Part shown: positions 29,841-43,318 of the stretch, one piece after another
How positions within the stretch are numbered: position 1 is the stretch's first letter
Layout of the letters: every line of letters starts with the position of its first letter
From: Octopus vulgaris
Lineage: Eukaryota
Direction: 5' to 3'
Length of the DNA: 64,000 nucleotides
Assembly (NCBI GenBank): GCA_951406725.2
Contig: OX597821.1
Location: forward strand, 62,992,001 to 63,056,000
Notes under the pieces: model-generated
Databases searched by the model: none
The model's input: only the letters and a program-made list of their open reading frames with translations
Told to the model about the DNA's origin: nothing
Position numbers and translations under genes: made by a program

Positions 29841-30538
29841 CATTTGAAACATCTGTATAATATTAAATAAGACCCTTACACCTATTTTTTCTATGATAAA
29901 TTATGCTGGAGCTGCTCTAAAGAATCTCCCCGACCAAACAGATTTATGTTCATCGGTATTCCGAATATATTTTTTACACTGTTTACTATGTCCCTTTATT
30001 TCTTTTTAAATTTAGGTTAAGCTTGATGTGTTTTGAGGGAGATTTCTACGTTGTTTCTAGCCGCTAAAACCGTCAGGTAGAGCCCTTACTGCAATGGTTA
30101 TGGTCCGTAGAATTTCGGAAACAAATACAATAAATATTAACAGCGTCAATGAAATATTAAACTTTGTGATAGAAACTAAACTGTTCTATAGTGTATTGAT
30201 TTAGTTTTATGCCCAAAACAAACCTTCGTATGTTAGTGGTAAAACGCCAACAGCTAAACAAGTAGACAGTGATACGAGCTGTGACGATTCTACAGTCGAC
30301 ATTTTCAGCTAAATGGTATAAACGTTTATTTGATAAAACATACATTACAAACTAAACAGAATAATATCTCACAAATTTCCGGCCATCCTTTGCTAGCTTC
30401 AATGGCTTGCTGAATGGTATTCATCACCTACTTTTTAATTTGTTTTTTTTTTTTAGCAAACTGACATGCATCATTTGTTTGCTGGTCTCCTTCCCACAAT
30501 AAAGAGTTGTCAGTGAAATAAGGACTATCGATCTATTG

Positions 30539-30592
<54 letters not shown>

Positions 30593-30633
30593 TGATTTGT
30601 GTAGATATCTATGTGTGTGTGTGTGGGTATGTG

Positions 30634-30664
<31 letters not shown>

Positions 30665-31383
30665 ATATATATGTGTGTGTATGTATATATATATGTGTGC
30701 ATATATAAATGTGTGTGTGTGTCTGTATGTATATGTATGTCTCTTTATATATGTGTGCGTGTGCGCGTGTGTGTATTATATGTATGTATATATATATATA
30801 TTATACGATTGTGTATTTATATATATTCGTTTTTCTGATGTATATATTCCGGTGTAGTCAACCACACATCCACACACACACATACGCACGCGCACACAAA
30901 CACACACATGCATACAAGTGTATACAAAAATAGTTAGAGAAAGATAGGGGACAGAGAGTGAGAGAAAGTGATAATAAGAGAGGAGATAGGGATGAAAGAG
31001 TATAGTTAAATACTAGAATAACAGTTAATATTTCAACATTGTTACTGTAGTTGTGCCACAAAACAAAATAATGATGACGCAGCTATTGATTCTGATGATT
31101 AAGATGGTGCTAATAAGGAGGATGAACTTCAAATCAATTTCAACGAAATCATTTTATTCAATTCAACTTTTATTTTACATTTGGTGCCAATGTTTATCCA
31201 AACCAGTGAGTCGGAAATCCCACTAACATTTGTTTCAATATATTTTTACTAAACCATTCGCCAAAACCACCGGCGAAATTTCACTATTGTTAGCGTGCCA
31301 TCTCAGTGACATCTATCATTTCCTAAACCTTAGTAATTATGTGCAGGCGCAGGAGTGGCTGTTTAGTAAGTAAATTGCTTACC

Positions 31384-31795
31384 TTGTAAGAAACAGTATG
31401 GAAGACGCGGTTGGAAGGGATTGTAACGGGTACCTTCGTATCTGGCCAGGGGTTGGTCAACTTTTTTAGTTACCACCTCAGCAGTAAAATCAGGTTGGAG
31501 AAGAGGTACCTGTCACGTGAAAAATTCAGAAAAATATGAAGGCTTGTGGAGAGAAAGCGGGGAATAAATGGAACCAAGTGAGCGGAGCCACGGAAAGAAA
31601 GCAAAGGTTCTGCTCTGGTGTAGGATGCCTTTCCCTCGTGTTAAACATTGCTTTTTGCAATGTATTTACTTTTAATCTCATCTCTATGATAATCATTGTC
31701 AATTTTTAATCGTTTAAAGCTACTTCACCCTTTTATGTTTGTCTGTCCTTGTCCGCCCCCTCTATGTATTGCCTTATGGCAAATATCATGAACTA
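31384..31795 (+). mobile_element. Tx1/L1-type LINE 3' fragment inserted in a SINE head
   Basis: ETVWKTRLEG..SGQGLVNFFSYHLSSKIRLEKRYLSREKF resembles an L1/Tx1 ORF2 C-terminus; flanked by aagtaaattgcttac (31368-31382) and aagtagcttgcttac (31796-31810). Confidence 0.65.
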
Positions 31796-32145
31796 AAGTA
31801 GCTTGCTTACGAACCACATGGCTCCAGGTTCATTCCCACTGCGTGGCACCTTGGGCAAGTGTCTTCTACTATAGTCTCGGACCGACCAAAGCCTTGTGAG
31901 TGGATTTGGTAGACGGAAACTGAAAGAAGCCCGTCGTATATAAATATATATGTATGTAAGTATATATATGAATATGTATGTATGTATGTATGCATGTATG
32001 TATGTATGTATGTGTGTATGAATGTATGTGTATATGTTTGTGTATCTTTCTTTGTCGCCCAACATCGCTTGAAAACCGATGCTGGTGTGTTTACGTCCCC
32101 GTAACTTAGCGGTTCGGCAAAACAGACCGATAGAATAAGTACTAG
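31796..32145 (+). mobile_element. SINE body (head at 31343-31383)
   Basis: Same family as 46481-46882; 3' end cut by the next insertion. Confidence 0.85.
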
Positions 32146-33159
32146 AAGAAGTGTCACTCGTGTCTGCAGACAGGCCACATAAAAATGAACTGCCACCAGG
32201 ACCATGGTAATGTCCTGGAACAGTCACTGGATGCCACCTCCCCTACCCGGTCAAAGGGAGAGGTGGATGTGGTTCAGGAGGCTTAAGCCCAAAAAGGATT
32301 AAAAAAGAAGAAAGCAGGCAACAATAGTTGCTTGCCGAAGGACCCTAAGGCTTCAGGAGGTGGGGTAGAGACTCCAGATAATGCGGAAGAGCTCCACTCT
32401 CTCGAAGTCAAGAAGAAAAGAAACAAAAGAAAGGAGAAGAACGGGTCATCGCAGTGGGGAAATGATGCACCGTCTACATGTCCCGAAGTTGTGAGACCCA
32501 CGGTGGAGGAAACGACCCCCACCCTTAAAGTTAATGAATTAATTATCTTTTTCTACAAGGGCGGGGAGGTGGAAAATAGTAGAAAAACATAAAGAGACAG
32601 TAGATATGCCCTTGACACGGGATCCCGAATGGCCTCCGCAGCTATCTCCGGAGGTCATAAGGTTTCCCTTGTGGGAAAGGCTTAAAGGATTTGGGGAGGA
32701 GTGTTGCATATTGTCAGGTGGCCCTTACACGACTTACATGTCCTACATGATTGAGGCATGGAAAATTGCGGGATACAGGAATTCAAGCGGCATTGAAGAT
32801 AATGATGAATATATCGATGGATATATCGATGAATAGGAGGTGAAAAAGCCTCGTTATAGAGTTTGAAACCTCATCTTACTTTATTATTTGTAGTAGTTTA
32901 TAATCTCAATTGCGTGTTTAAAAAAACATGTTAAGTAAGAGGTTTTAGTGCCTCTTTCTTGTAAGAGGTTTGAAACCTCATATTGATTTTTTTAAAAAAG
33001 AAGATATGTTTTATGTTTTCGAGAAAAAATCCAATTGGCGGGTGTTCGGTTTCGTCTCTGATTTATTCATTTTATTTCATTTTCATTCATTTATGTGTTT
33101 GTCCAGTCCGCAAAGCTACATAATCTTTGTACTCTCTATGTGACAAATTTTATGAAATA
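32146..33159 (+). mobile_element. Retroelement fragment with Lys/Glu-rich ORF1-like relics and Tx1-like tail
   Basis: GC-richer segment ending gtttgtcc...ctctatg...atgaaataa, similar to the tail at 31740-31795. Confidence 0.5.
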
Positions 33160-33525
33160 AAGTAGCTTGCTTACCAACTACCTGGTTCCGAGTTTATTCC
33201 CACTGCGTGGCACCTTCGGCAATTGTCTTCTACTATAGCCTCCGGCCGACCACAGTCATCTCAGTGGATTTGATAGACGGAAACTGAAAGAAGCCTGTCG
33301 TATATACGTATGTGTGTGTATGTTCGTATGTCTGTGTTTGTTCCTCCAGCATTGCCTGACAACCGATGGAGGTGTGTTTACGTCGCCGTAACTTACTGGT
33401 TCGGCGAAAGATTCCGATAGAATAAGTACTAGGCTTACAAAGAATAAGTGATGGGGTCGATTTGTTCGACTAAAGGCGGTGCTCCAGTATGGCCACAGTC
33501 AATTGACTGAAACGTGTAAAAGAGT
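33160..33525 (+). mobile_element. SINE with internal microsatellite, lacking its first ~25 nt
   Basis: Begins at aagtagcttgcttac; same family as 46481-46882. Confidence 0.85.
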
Positions 33526-33789
33526 ATAAGTGTAATGTCCTTAGTACGAAAATGAGTACACAGTAGTACGCAAAAGTGCGCGAGGGTTACGTTTTCATGG
33601 ATGAGTGAGAGGCCAAAATATATTTTCAAAACAATTGCTAAAGTAAATGTTTGCATTATCGACTAAATGATTAATAATAAAACCGTGTTTTCTAAAATTC
33701 ACCGGATTTGTTAAAATGCTAGAATGTTCATAAATACATACATACATAAATACACACATACATACACACACACATACACATATATATAC

Positions 33790-33848
<59 letters not shown>

Positions 33849-33862
33849 CATATATATATATA

Positions 33863-34175
33863 GGAGCACTCCGTCGGTTACAACAACGAGGGTCTCAGCT
33901 GATACAATCAACGGAACAGGTTCCTCGCTAAATTAACCTGCAAGTGGTTGACCACTCCACAGACACGTGTATCATTAACGTAATTCTCGCGAAAATTCAG
34001 CGTGACAGAGAGTGTGACAAGGCTCGCTCATTGAAATACAGGTACTACTAATTTTTTCCAGGTGAGTGAACTGCATCAACGTTAAATAAAGTGTATTGCT
34101 CAAGGACAAAACGCGCCGCCGGGAATTGAACTCACGAACATACACTCGTGAGCCGAATGCCCTAAGCCACGCGCC
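33863..34175 (-). mobile_element. tRNA-derived SINE
   Basis: Reverse complement has a tRNA-like head and gtccttgagcaa domain; homologous to 35683-35935. Confidence 0.8.
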
Positions 34176-34177
34176 TT

Positions 34178-34269
<92 letters not shown>

Positions 34270-35400
34270 ATCCTGGATTGCTAGAAATCCAGGATCTTGA
34301 ATTACTCAGTAATATTTTTGGGCTAGTCTGTTTTGTCCCTCTGTCTTATTTCATTGTGCGATATGAACATTTAACGTGGTTCTTAGAGTCAGGGTTTTGA
34401 CTGCTATTTCGGCATGGTGGTGTCTCTCAGGCACCCTTATTTTTAGTTATATATATATACATGCATATTCATACGCATAATTATACAACTGCCACCTTAT
34501 GTCTGTCTATATATTAATATGATCAGAAAATAAAACAGAGAGGCAGAAGTTCTTGTGCAGTGACTGATGTATACAGTTCACGTTGAAAGAGCGCATATAT
34601 TTTTCTGTTCGGTAGCTGACGCTTGAGGCCATAGGTTATTGATTTTAATGAAAATGATCCCGAGTTTTTCTAATATTCTACGTATCTTCAGGTTCCATTG
34701 CTTTGTGTTTCGAACAGAACGTAACTTGTGTCGTATATCAGAAGTATCTGATTCGAGATATGTTATTCGACCTTTATAGTGAAGTGGAATTACTGTACTA
34801 TTAATATCGTTGCTAAAAATATGGCTTTTGTTTTCCATTTACTCACATGTACACTCACACAAAAATACACACACGCTTATGCATTTCTAGGTAAGGACCG
34901 AGAGGTACATATCTTGAATAATATAGTTTGTGCCAAAATATAAAGAGTTTTCGAAATAGTGTTACATATATAGTCTTAATTTGATAATATATCTAGTAAT
35001 ACGGTTAGGCAAACACCTATTTTAACACATTCATGCACAAAGACAACACACGCACTTATATACACAGAGAAACAGGCAGACAGACAGACATATGCACACA
35101 TATATAGGTGTGTGTGCATGTATATAATTGCACATTCACATATATATATATATAAATTATGAGTTAGAGGTTATGCAATCGTCTAAGGAATAAATATATT
35201 CGTAGGCATTACTGATGTATTACCTCACTATGTATAGTCCTTGCTATAAGGTTAACTGTAGTTGGTAATTTAAATGGTAAACCGTGGTTTAATATATTCA
35301 GATAAGAAAAGAAATGGAGCAACATTTAACAATTAGGAGTTGATCATTGGTATTTAAAGGTCATAGTTTTATTGTAGTTCAAGAACATTTACAGCTGTTT

Positions 35401-35682
35401 CAGTTTGTTATTTCGAAATAAATTTGCATTTATCTCGTTCCATTTAACAAACATTATCAGAATGATTTAGAGATTATCAGAGTAATATAGATAGATGAAA
35501 AAGGGAAATGAAACGAAGAAGAAAAAGAAGTCAAAAACGGAACACACTTTTACCTTTTTTCCTTTTTCTTTTCAATTTCCTCTTTCTCCTATCTATATTC
35601 CTCCGATAAACTCTGAAACATTCTGACGATGTTTGTTAAGTGGAACGAGATAAATGTAAATTTATTTCGAAATAACAAACTG
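35401..35682. repeat. Diverged fold-back element, ~130-bp arms
   Basis: cagtttgttatttcgaaataaattt... at 35401 mirrors ...aaatttatttcgaaataacaaactg at 35682; identity decays toward the centre. Confidence 0.88.
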
Positions 35683-35935
35683 TGAGTTCGATTGCTGGCA
35701 ACACGTTGTGTCCTTGAGCAAGACATTTTATTTCACGTTGCTCCAGTCCACTCAGCTGGCAAAAATGAGATGTACCTGTATTTCAAAGTGCCGGCCTTGT
35801 CGCACTTTGTGTCACGCTGAATCTCCCCCAGATATATGTTAGAGGTACGCGTGTCTGTGGATTGCTCAGTCACCTGCACGTTAATTTCACGAGCAAGCTG
35901 TTCCGTTGATATTATCAATTTTGTGGACGTAGGAT
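35683..35935 (+). mobile_element. tRNA-derived SINE, 5' truncated
   Basis: Starts at B box gagttcgatt; gtccttgagcaagac...cactcagctgg domain. Confidence 0.8.
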
Positions 35936-37208
35936 TATCAGGCAAATTAACTTAGAAGATCGATTAGAGCGTTATTATGCTAATAAACCGCAGGGAACAT
36001 AAACCGTAGGGAACAAAGATCTGATTATGGTAATCTTTCAGTTAGACTCACTTGTATAACAGAATCAGATGCAGGTAAAATTAGCAAAAGGAAACTTAAT
36101 GGAATATTACCCCTACTGAGAACGTGTGTTGATCTTAACTTACGCTCCGAGAGTAATTAATTACGAGTAATTAATTGGTTTAAATAATAAAGATGCGATT
36201 AAATTTCTGCGAATATACTTTTCTAGCTACTGCTCATCGATTATCACTATTTTCTTTAACAAATCTCTTATTTGTGGGATGAGGAACTACCAACTATCGA
36301 GACAGGATAAAGATATCTTATCAGCTGTTAGCTGAAAAAGTAAGCCATCTGAAAGTAGATATTTCACAATAAAACACTTTGATATACGCATGGAATCGAG
36401 TATCTCAGCGCCAAGTTACTGATTTCCCAAGTATTTACATTTTATATTGTATTAATATGAAATTGCTTGAAATGGAATATTTATCAACTTCACTAACGAT
36501 TTCAAAAGTAAAAATGCAAAGTCATTTGAAGAAAATAAACGTTAGTGAAATATGAAAACGTAAATAGGAATAAGCATTTACCTTTATGAATTTACGTTGC
36601 AAGATCCCTGATGCGAAGTCGTGTGTTGCAACAAATATTTTTGTATTTCGGAATGGTTATTTTGTTTTGCCAAAGAAACACACGCACTATGTATTTGCTC
36701 TTCACTCGTTTATTACTGTTCTTTTATAAGTATTATTACCTCAAATTAGCTGTCCACCATAATTGTAAGAAATTTCAGTGATGTTAAGACGTATAAGACA
36801 TTGTTGGACTATTAACTTTTAGCATTGCTTGAATTCTAAGTTTAAATTCCATAAATTATTAATCTTCATTTCTTTAAGCTCTGATTCTATAGCCATATGC
36901 TTTTGGATGTAGGGAAATAAATGCTAGTAATGGATTAGCAGCAAAATTCTAAGTAGCTCCAATTACTATTAGAATACTCAGTAAAAACCCCTAAAATTAA
37001 TTATCGTACAAAATAGAAATCCGAACATTTTCCCCCGTTGGATCAATAAATAAACTTCTTATTTAAGACCTTACGTTAAATACGGTCTATTCAACGAAAT
37101 ATAGCTACAAAATCCTAAGATTTATTTCCATGTAAACTAAGGACGTGCCCCAGCATGGCCACAGCTTCAGAAACATATAAGAATAAAAAAAAAAAAATAT
37201 TTTTTATT

Positions 37209-37227
37209 CTACTACTACTACTACTTT

Positions 37228-37292
<65 letters not shown>

Positions 37293-37316
37293 TTACTACT
37301 ACTACTACTACTAATG

Positions 37317-37345
<29 letters not shown>
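37209..37345 (+). repeat. (TAC)n/(TAA)n microsatellite
   Basis: Direct reading. Confidence 0.95.
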
Positions 37346-37347
<2 letters not shown>

Positions 37348-37348
37348 G

Positions 37349-37965
37349 ACAGTGGTTCTCATGGCTCCTGAAACAGTGACTCTCATGGCTCTTAAGACAA
37401 TGACTCTCATGACTCTTAAGTCAGTGGCTCTCATGGCTCCTGATCTTAACTGATTGGAAGCGTTATCATGTGCATTATTTTGTCTTGGTATAAAAGATGG
37501 GCTACGGTAAATATTCTACTCCAGACCACAGATATGCTTGTCAATTGTTTGACCATAACCAGTTGAACATGTCTGATGGCTGATGATATGTGCATCTCTG
37601 ATCACGAGCAGAAATAGTGGGAGAGCATCATAACCGTGTATTGAAAGGAATTCTTAGAGGTTTGGATAATTCACCTTTGGAAACATGGGTGTTTCGATCA
37701 ACATCCTTAAATAATCTTTATCCAGGGACCTTTTGAGCGGAATGAGCTACTCGACACGAATAAAATTCTAACTGGCCCCCTGCAAGGTCATTCGCTGTTT
37801 ATCTTTATATGAGATCACCATGTTGCGCACATATGGTTGTGATGCATGTGCGTGGTGTACCCTTATCAGACGGGTAGTCATGATGGTTATACTGGGCTTC
37901 GTATATTTTACCCCAGTGTCACTTTGATGACATGCACTGCTCTCTCACTCAATAATAATAATAAT
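37349..37965. mobile_element. ~500-bp interspersed repeat with four 24-bp tandem units at its left end
   Basis: Homologous to 6158-6655; unit cagtg(g/a)ctctcatggctc(c/t)t.a.. repeated 4 times at about 37350-37445. Confidence 0.8.
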
Positions 37966-38275
37966 ATCACGGAAAATGAGAAAGCAACCATACTATGGTA
38001 TATGCCAATACACACAGATAGAGAAAATATTGCCAATAAGCCAAATATAGTTGTCAGAGATCACCAAGAAAAAAATGCTTTCTAATTGATTATCAATACC
38101 AACAAACGACAAGGTTTTTCTAAAAGAAATTGAGAAACTTTCAAAATACAAAGACCTGGAGATAGATGTAACTCGAATGTGGCGTCTAAAAACAGAAACA
38201 ATTCCTATCATAACGGGCGCATTAACTATGATAAAAAAATATTCAGACAAATACATAACAAATACACCAGGACTA
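37966..38275 (+). mobile_element. R4/Dong-clade restriction-like endonuclease region relic
   Basis: ENEKATILW.MPIHTDR..ANKP.IVV, LI..SIP, KEIEKLSKYKDLEI.V.RMW, PIITGAL. Confidence 0.85.
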
Positions 38276-39443
38276 ACATATATATGTTAGTCCTGGCGTT
38301 TTTGTAGTGAAAACACGTGATAAAAATAATACTACTGAATGATAATATAATAATGATTCCATATAAAGCATACAAATTTATTAACAAATGGACTCTCTTG
38401 CTCCATTCTGAATGCTAGTGTCAGTCAAAGTCTGTAGAGAAAGTGAAAACAAGTAACCTCCTACTGAACCTAAGAATTATTTCCATAAACACATCATTGA
38501 TAGACGATATCATTGTAAATTCCTCTTCTATACGGGTTAACAAATTGTAATTTTTTCTGACTTCTGTACTACAAATTATATGGTTGCAAACTTGTAATCT
38601 GTCGATCAGATCCACATTGCTATTGAAAATACACAGAGGTGGCGTGTAGATATAGACGGAATTTCTCCTATTGCAGGTACGTTAACAGAATGTTTGTCAT
38701 TTTGCCGTAGACCCTGAATAGAATAAACTTGTGAGAATTAAAGTGATGGATTTCGCCACAAGTTCAAATTTGAAAACTACTAAAAGACGAGTGAATACTT
38801 GCCATTGATATATTTGTATGCAAACATGAACAACGTTATTGCCTCATCCCATATGTTTGCGTGTTCAAAAACGAGACAAACTCTCCTGCTTTAAATATAA
38901 TAAAAACTTATTTCCATTAAGTTGAAACAAAAGCTATTGAAATGCTGCCTATAAAATGATTTTATGAGTATATAAATGACGAACGTAAAATAATACTGAA
39001 ATGGTAACCTATTTAATGCCGGCCTCAGGCAGTGAATGTAGAAAACTCATACTTAACTGATTGTTCACTCATGGAGATGGGAACAAAATATGAACAGAGA
39101 AGGGAGAAGGAGGGGAAACAGAAAGATAGAATGTGTGTGTATGAGGGACATCGAGAGAAATAAAGAAAGAAGGATCGGATGACTGCTAAAATAAAAAAAA
39201 TCAATTATATTTCATATATTTAATTTCATAAAATGCATTGCATTATATTATATTATTCCTCTACGTTATTAATATCTCAATAACTATATTTTATTCCATG
39301 TATGTCAGAAAATATCATGTTAAAGTAAAGCATATATTTCTTACACAAATAATTACATTAAGAGATTTTCTCTACAATTTGTCACTATCATTCAGTTGAA
39401 TGATTTACTTGGAAATTATACATACCACCATATACACTTACAG

Positions 39444-39474
<31 letters not shown>

Positions 39475-39998
39475 CACATATACACAGATACATGCACATA
39501 CATACACATAAAAAAGCACACACACATAAATTTTATATATATATATATATTTATATATACATGCATATTTATATATACATAATTATATATATATACACAC
39601 ACATATATAGTAAAAGAGAGGGAGAGAGGAACAGAAAGTGATAATATACATAATATATATATGCATCTATACAGGTATGATTATATGTATATACTTAGAG
39701 GTATAAATATATGTTGTGTGTGTATTGTCTCTATATGTGTATATAACGTATGTATGTGCATATCAGCCGTAGGGAATGATTGAACCGTGGTGTCTTAAGA
39801 AAATGGTGTATCCCACTGATTGCCCAGAAATCGTATACCTGCACCAAAGACACACAATAGTTGAATATGTAGAAATCAAATTCCTCTTCCTCTCGGTGCT
39901 TCCTTGGTATATTGCAACCCGTTGGAAACAAAACGGAATACTTTTCCCATAAGTGAAAGGATCACTTGGTTTTGAGTTTTTTGTTTCCTTTTTTTCAG

Positions 39999-40016
39999 AT
40001 GCAAAATTTAACATGG
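39999..40016 (+). CDS. Candidate 18-nt microexon encoding linker xAKFNM(V)
   Basis: Long pyrimidine tract ttttttgtttcctttttttcag, donor TGG|gtaaat; 18 nt, phase 1-1; its last G completes GTG (Val) with the exon at 41454. Confidence 0.55.
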
Positions 40017-40688
40017 GTAAATATTCAAGTATCACGTGGTATATGCATTACAAAGAATCTTCCTTGTCCTGGTGTTGTGAGACAAATTTGCACGTTTAAT
40101 ATGTGTTTAGAAACTTGTGAATGCGTGTTTAGGTATATACATACATGTGTGTATATATACATACATATGCATACATATCAGTTATGTATGTGTGAGCATA
40201 TATATTTACATACTTATATTACTATATTTATATGCGTCCTCTTGTATGTATATAATGTCTACGGTTGTTAGAGTATATAATATATATACTTCGTATATGT
40301 AATTAATTTCTGTGTAATCCGTATTCGTATATATATTATATACAACTTATTCCTCTCTACAGCAATATATATATGTATATCCTGAATTATATGTAGTTGT
40401 AAAATTAAAAAGAAATCCGTATAAAATATCATATGTATGTATGTTTGTTTCTATGTGTTATAGTTTGAGTAAATATATCGCCTAGTTTGATATATTTCAT
40501 ATTATATGTGTATATACTTATGACTAGAATATATATATATATATATATACATATATGTATACATATATACACACAAACACGTATATATATCTATATACAT
40601 TCCTATATATGTACAGAAATATATGTATGCGTGTCTGTATGTATCTCTATATATCTATATACATATATATATGTCTGTATATATTTTA

Positions 40689-40731
<43 letters not shown>

Positions 40732-40748
40732 GTATGTATATATACATG

Positions 40749-40820
<72 letters not shown>

Positions 40821-41453
40821 CGTGTTATAAGTGCATACACATGTATATATACTATGCATGTTGTTCCATCTTGTGTTATTCGTGTTATCCAGTTGTTTTC
40901 TATTTTCTGTTAAGTTTTATAGTTCAAGTCATTCTGCGTTGTTCTTAGTCTAAGTATTGAAGTCTCCAGTAACGTGTGTTTAATGCTACAGCATTAATTA
41001 AAGTCTTACGTTAAAGTTTTCAACATGTCTCTCTTTGTTAACTCTCATAACTGAACTATGTTTCTGTCTAATATACATCTTGTCAACATTAATATTTCCT
41101 AGTACTTTGTATATTTCGACCTGTTTAAATGTTTGAGTAAAGTTTTCCTATGTCAATTTGAAAATTCTCTTCGTCGTTACTATATATTTCTTGTTCTTAA
41201 TATTAAATGTATCAGTTAGCATTTGTCTTTGGTTTTATTTGTTGTTTCGTTGTTTCGTTGTTTTGTTGTTTCGTTGTTTCGTCGTTAGTTTGGTCTATCG
41301 AGCTTAGCGTGAATGTCAGATCTATGTTTGTATTTGCCCCTATAGATGTGTATACTTATTTAGAAACGTTTGTGCATTATAACTAATTTTAAAAGGTTAT
41401 AAATTTAATTTGAGCAAAACATTCAGCAGAAATTGCATAATTTTTTGTTGCAG

Positions 41454-41636
41454 TGGTCTGTAATCAGCCACCAAGTATTGAGAATGCACTTCACAATGCA
41501 CCAAGAGAACAAGCAAGGTTCCCAGCCGGTACTGAATTGATGTACACTTGTCGTTCAACTTATACGGCGAGCGGCTATCAACGTGCTATGTGTAAAGGTG
41601 ACGGTACATGGAGCGGACCTAAAATGACATGTACAA
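41454..41636 (+). CDS. CCP/sushi domain exon (LEV-9/Hasp-like protein)
   Basis: Acceptor ttttttgttgcag, donor A|gtaagt, 183 nt, phase 1-1. Encodes VCNQPPSIENALHNAPREQARFPAGTELMYTCRSTYTASGYQRAMCKGDGTWSGPKMTCT with four Cys and the conserved W of CCP modules. Confidence 0.93.
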
Positions 41637-42914
41637 GTAAGTAAATTTATGTTGCTCAACATTTGTTTTACGTAGTGCAATGGAGAAAAACTTCTAGATG
41701 TTTGTATTTGAATAAATCTCAGATCAAAATACACCTACAATCCGGCGGAAAATACACCTACAATCCGGCAAAATTCCTCGACGTCATTTCTTCCCGCTGT
41801 TCTGAGTTTAAATCCCTCCGAGGTCATCCTTGCCTTTCATCCTTTTTAATAACATTAAGTACCAGTCATGAACTGACTTTATTGTAACTGACTTGTCGCC
41901 TCTCCCCAAAATTACCGTTCTCGAAACCTGCAATAGACTGTAGTCACTTTGAGAATGTCTGTTATGACCTTAATCACGTGTACGCAAGGGAAATTGGACG
42001 AACAATATTATGATTCCTAGGCTCAAGAAAAATAACTTTACATGAGGGAAATATGAAAATATTTTTGGAATGCTGTCACCAGAATGCGTTTAAATGGCTC
42101 ACTTGGTATTACATTAGCACAGATATTTGTCAACAGTGTATCAACACTGTTACTTGTTGAGTGAAGGAGCGTATGATTCTACGGACTTCAGCAGCTACTT
42201 GAATTCCTCTCGACTGACGAACAGTAAAATCGACGAAGCCATTTTAAAACCTCAGATATTAAAGCGGCGTTATTGCCAACAGCAAGGTTATTAGACTCCA
42301 TAGTGGCACTTTAATTCTCCTCGCATGAGGTGGTTAATGAATTTTCTTGAATAGAATGTTATTGTAACAAGGAATAATATAATCATCACATTTCGCATAC
42401 ATTTCTTCAATTAAATAGCGTTCACTCTCATACGATAAATATAGAATCTCACAAGATTAAACGACTTATGCCATTAGTAAAATTAATGTAATGCTGCAGA
42501 AACTTATGTAAATATGTACCAATTTAAGCATTATGTAAGTCCGAGGAAAGGTAAAATCAAATAGTGCTACGCATAGAAATTATTATAAAGTTTATGAGAT
42601 TATGATTTCCCGTTATTTTTTTCAAATTTGGAAATTCGTGATTGACATATAGTATCTAATGTAATATCACCATCATTGCTGTGTCCTAAAATCCTACGAA
42701 CGAAAGCCGAAACTTTGATATTAATTACTAATTGTAAAACAAAAACCAAAACCAAAGTAGAAATGTAAAACTAAAAAGAACTGAATAAATAGAATTTCAT
42801 GTACAATAGGTACATGCATATTGGACCCAAATATAGATAACGTAGATAACATAGATGTGTTTCCGTCAAAGATCTGCCCAAGCCATGTGTAACTTAATAA
42901 AACCCCCTGATACA

Positions 42915-43318
42915 CTTTTACTCTTTTACTTGTTTCAGTCATTTGATTGTGGCCTTGCTGGAGCATCGCCTTTAGTCGAACAAATCGACACCAGGACTTA
43001 TTCTTTGTAAGCCTAGTACTTGTTCTGTCGATCACTTTTGCTGAACCGCTAAGTTACGGGGACGTAAACACACCACCATCGGTTGTGAAGTGATGTTGGG
43101 GGGACAAATACAGACACGCAAACATATACACACACACACATACATACAAATATATAATATATACGACGGATTTCTTTCAGTTTCCGTCTACCAAATCCAC
43201 TCACAAGGCATTGGTCGGCCCGGGGCTATAGCAGAAGACACTTGCCGAAGGTGCCAAGCAGTGGGACAGTACCCGGAACCATGTGGTTCGTAAGCAAGCT
43301 CCTTACCACACAGCCACC
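42915..43318 (-). mobile_element. Full-length SINE with internal microsatellite
   Basis: Reverse complement of the 46481-46882 family. Confidence 0.9.

Noticed and set aside
37349-37445. 24-bp repeats resembling a CRISPR array (also 52271-52322)
   Set aside because: Head-to-tail tandem units with no unique spacers, no cas genes, eukaryotic context.
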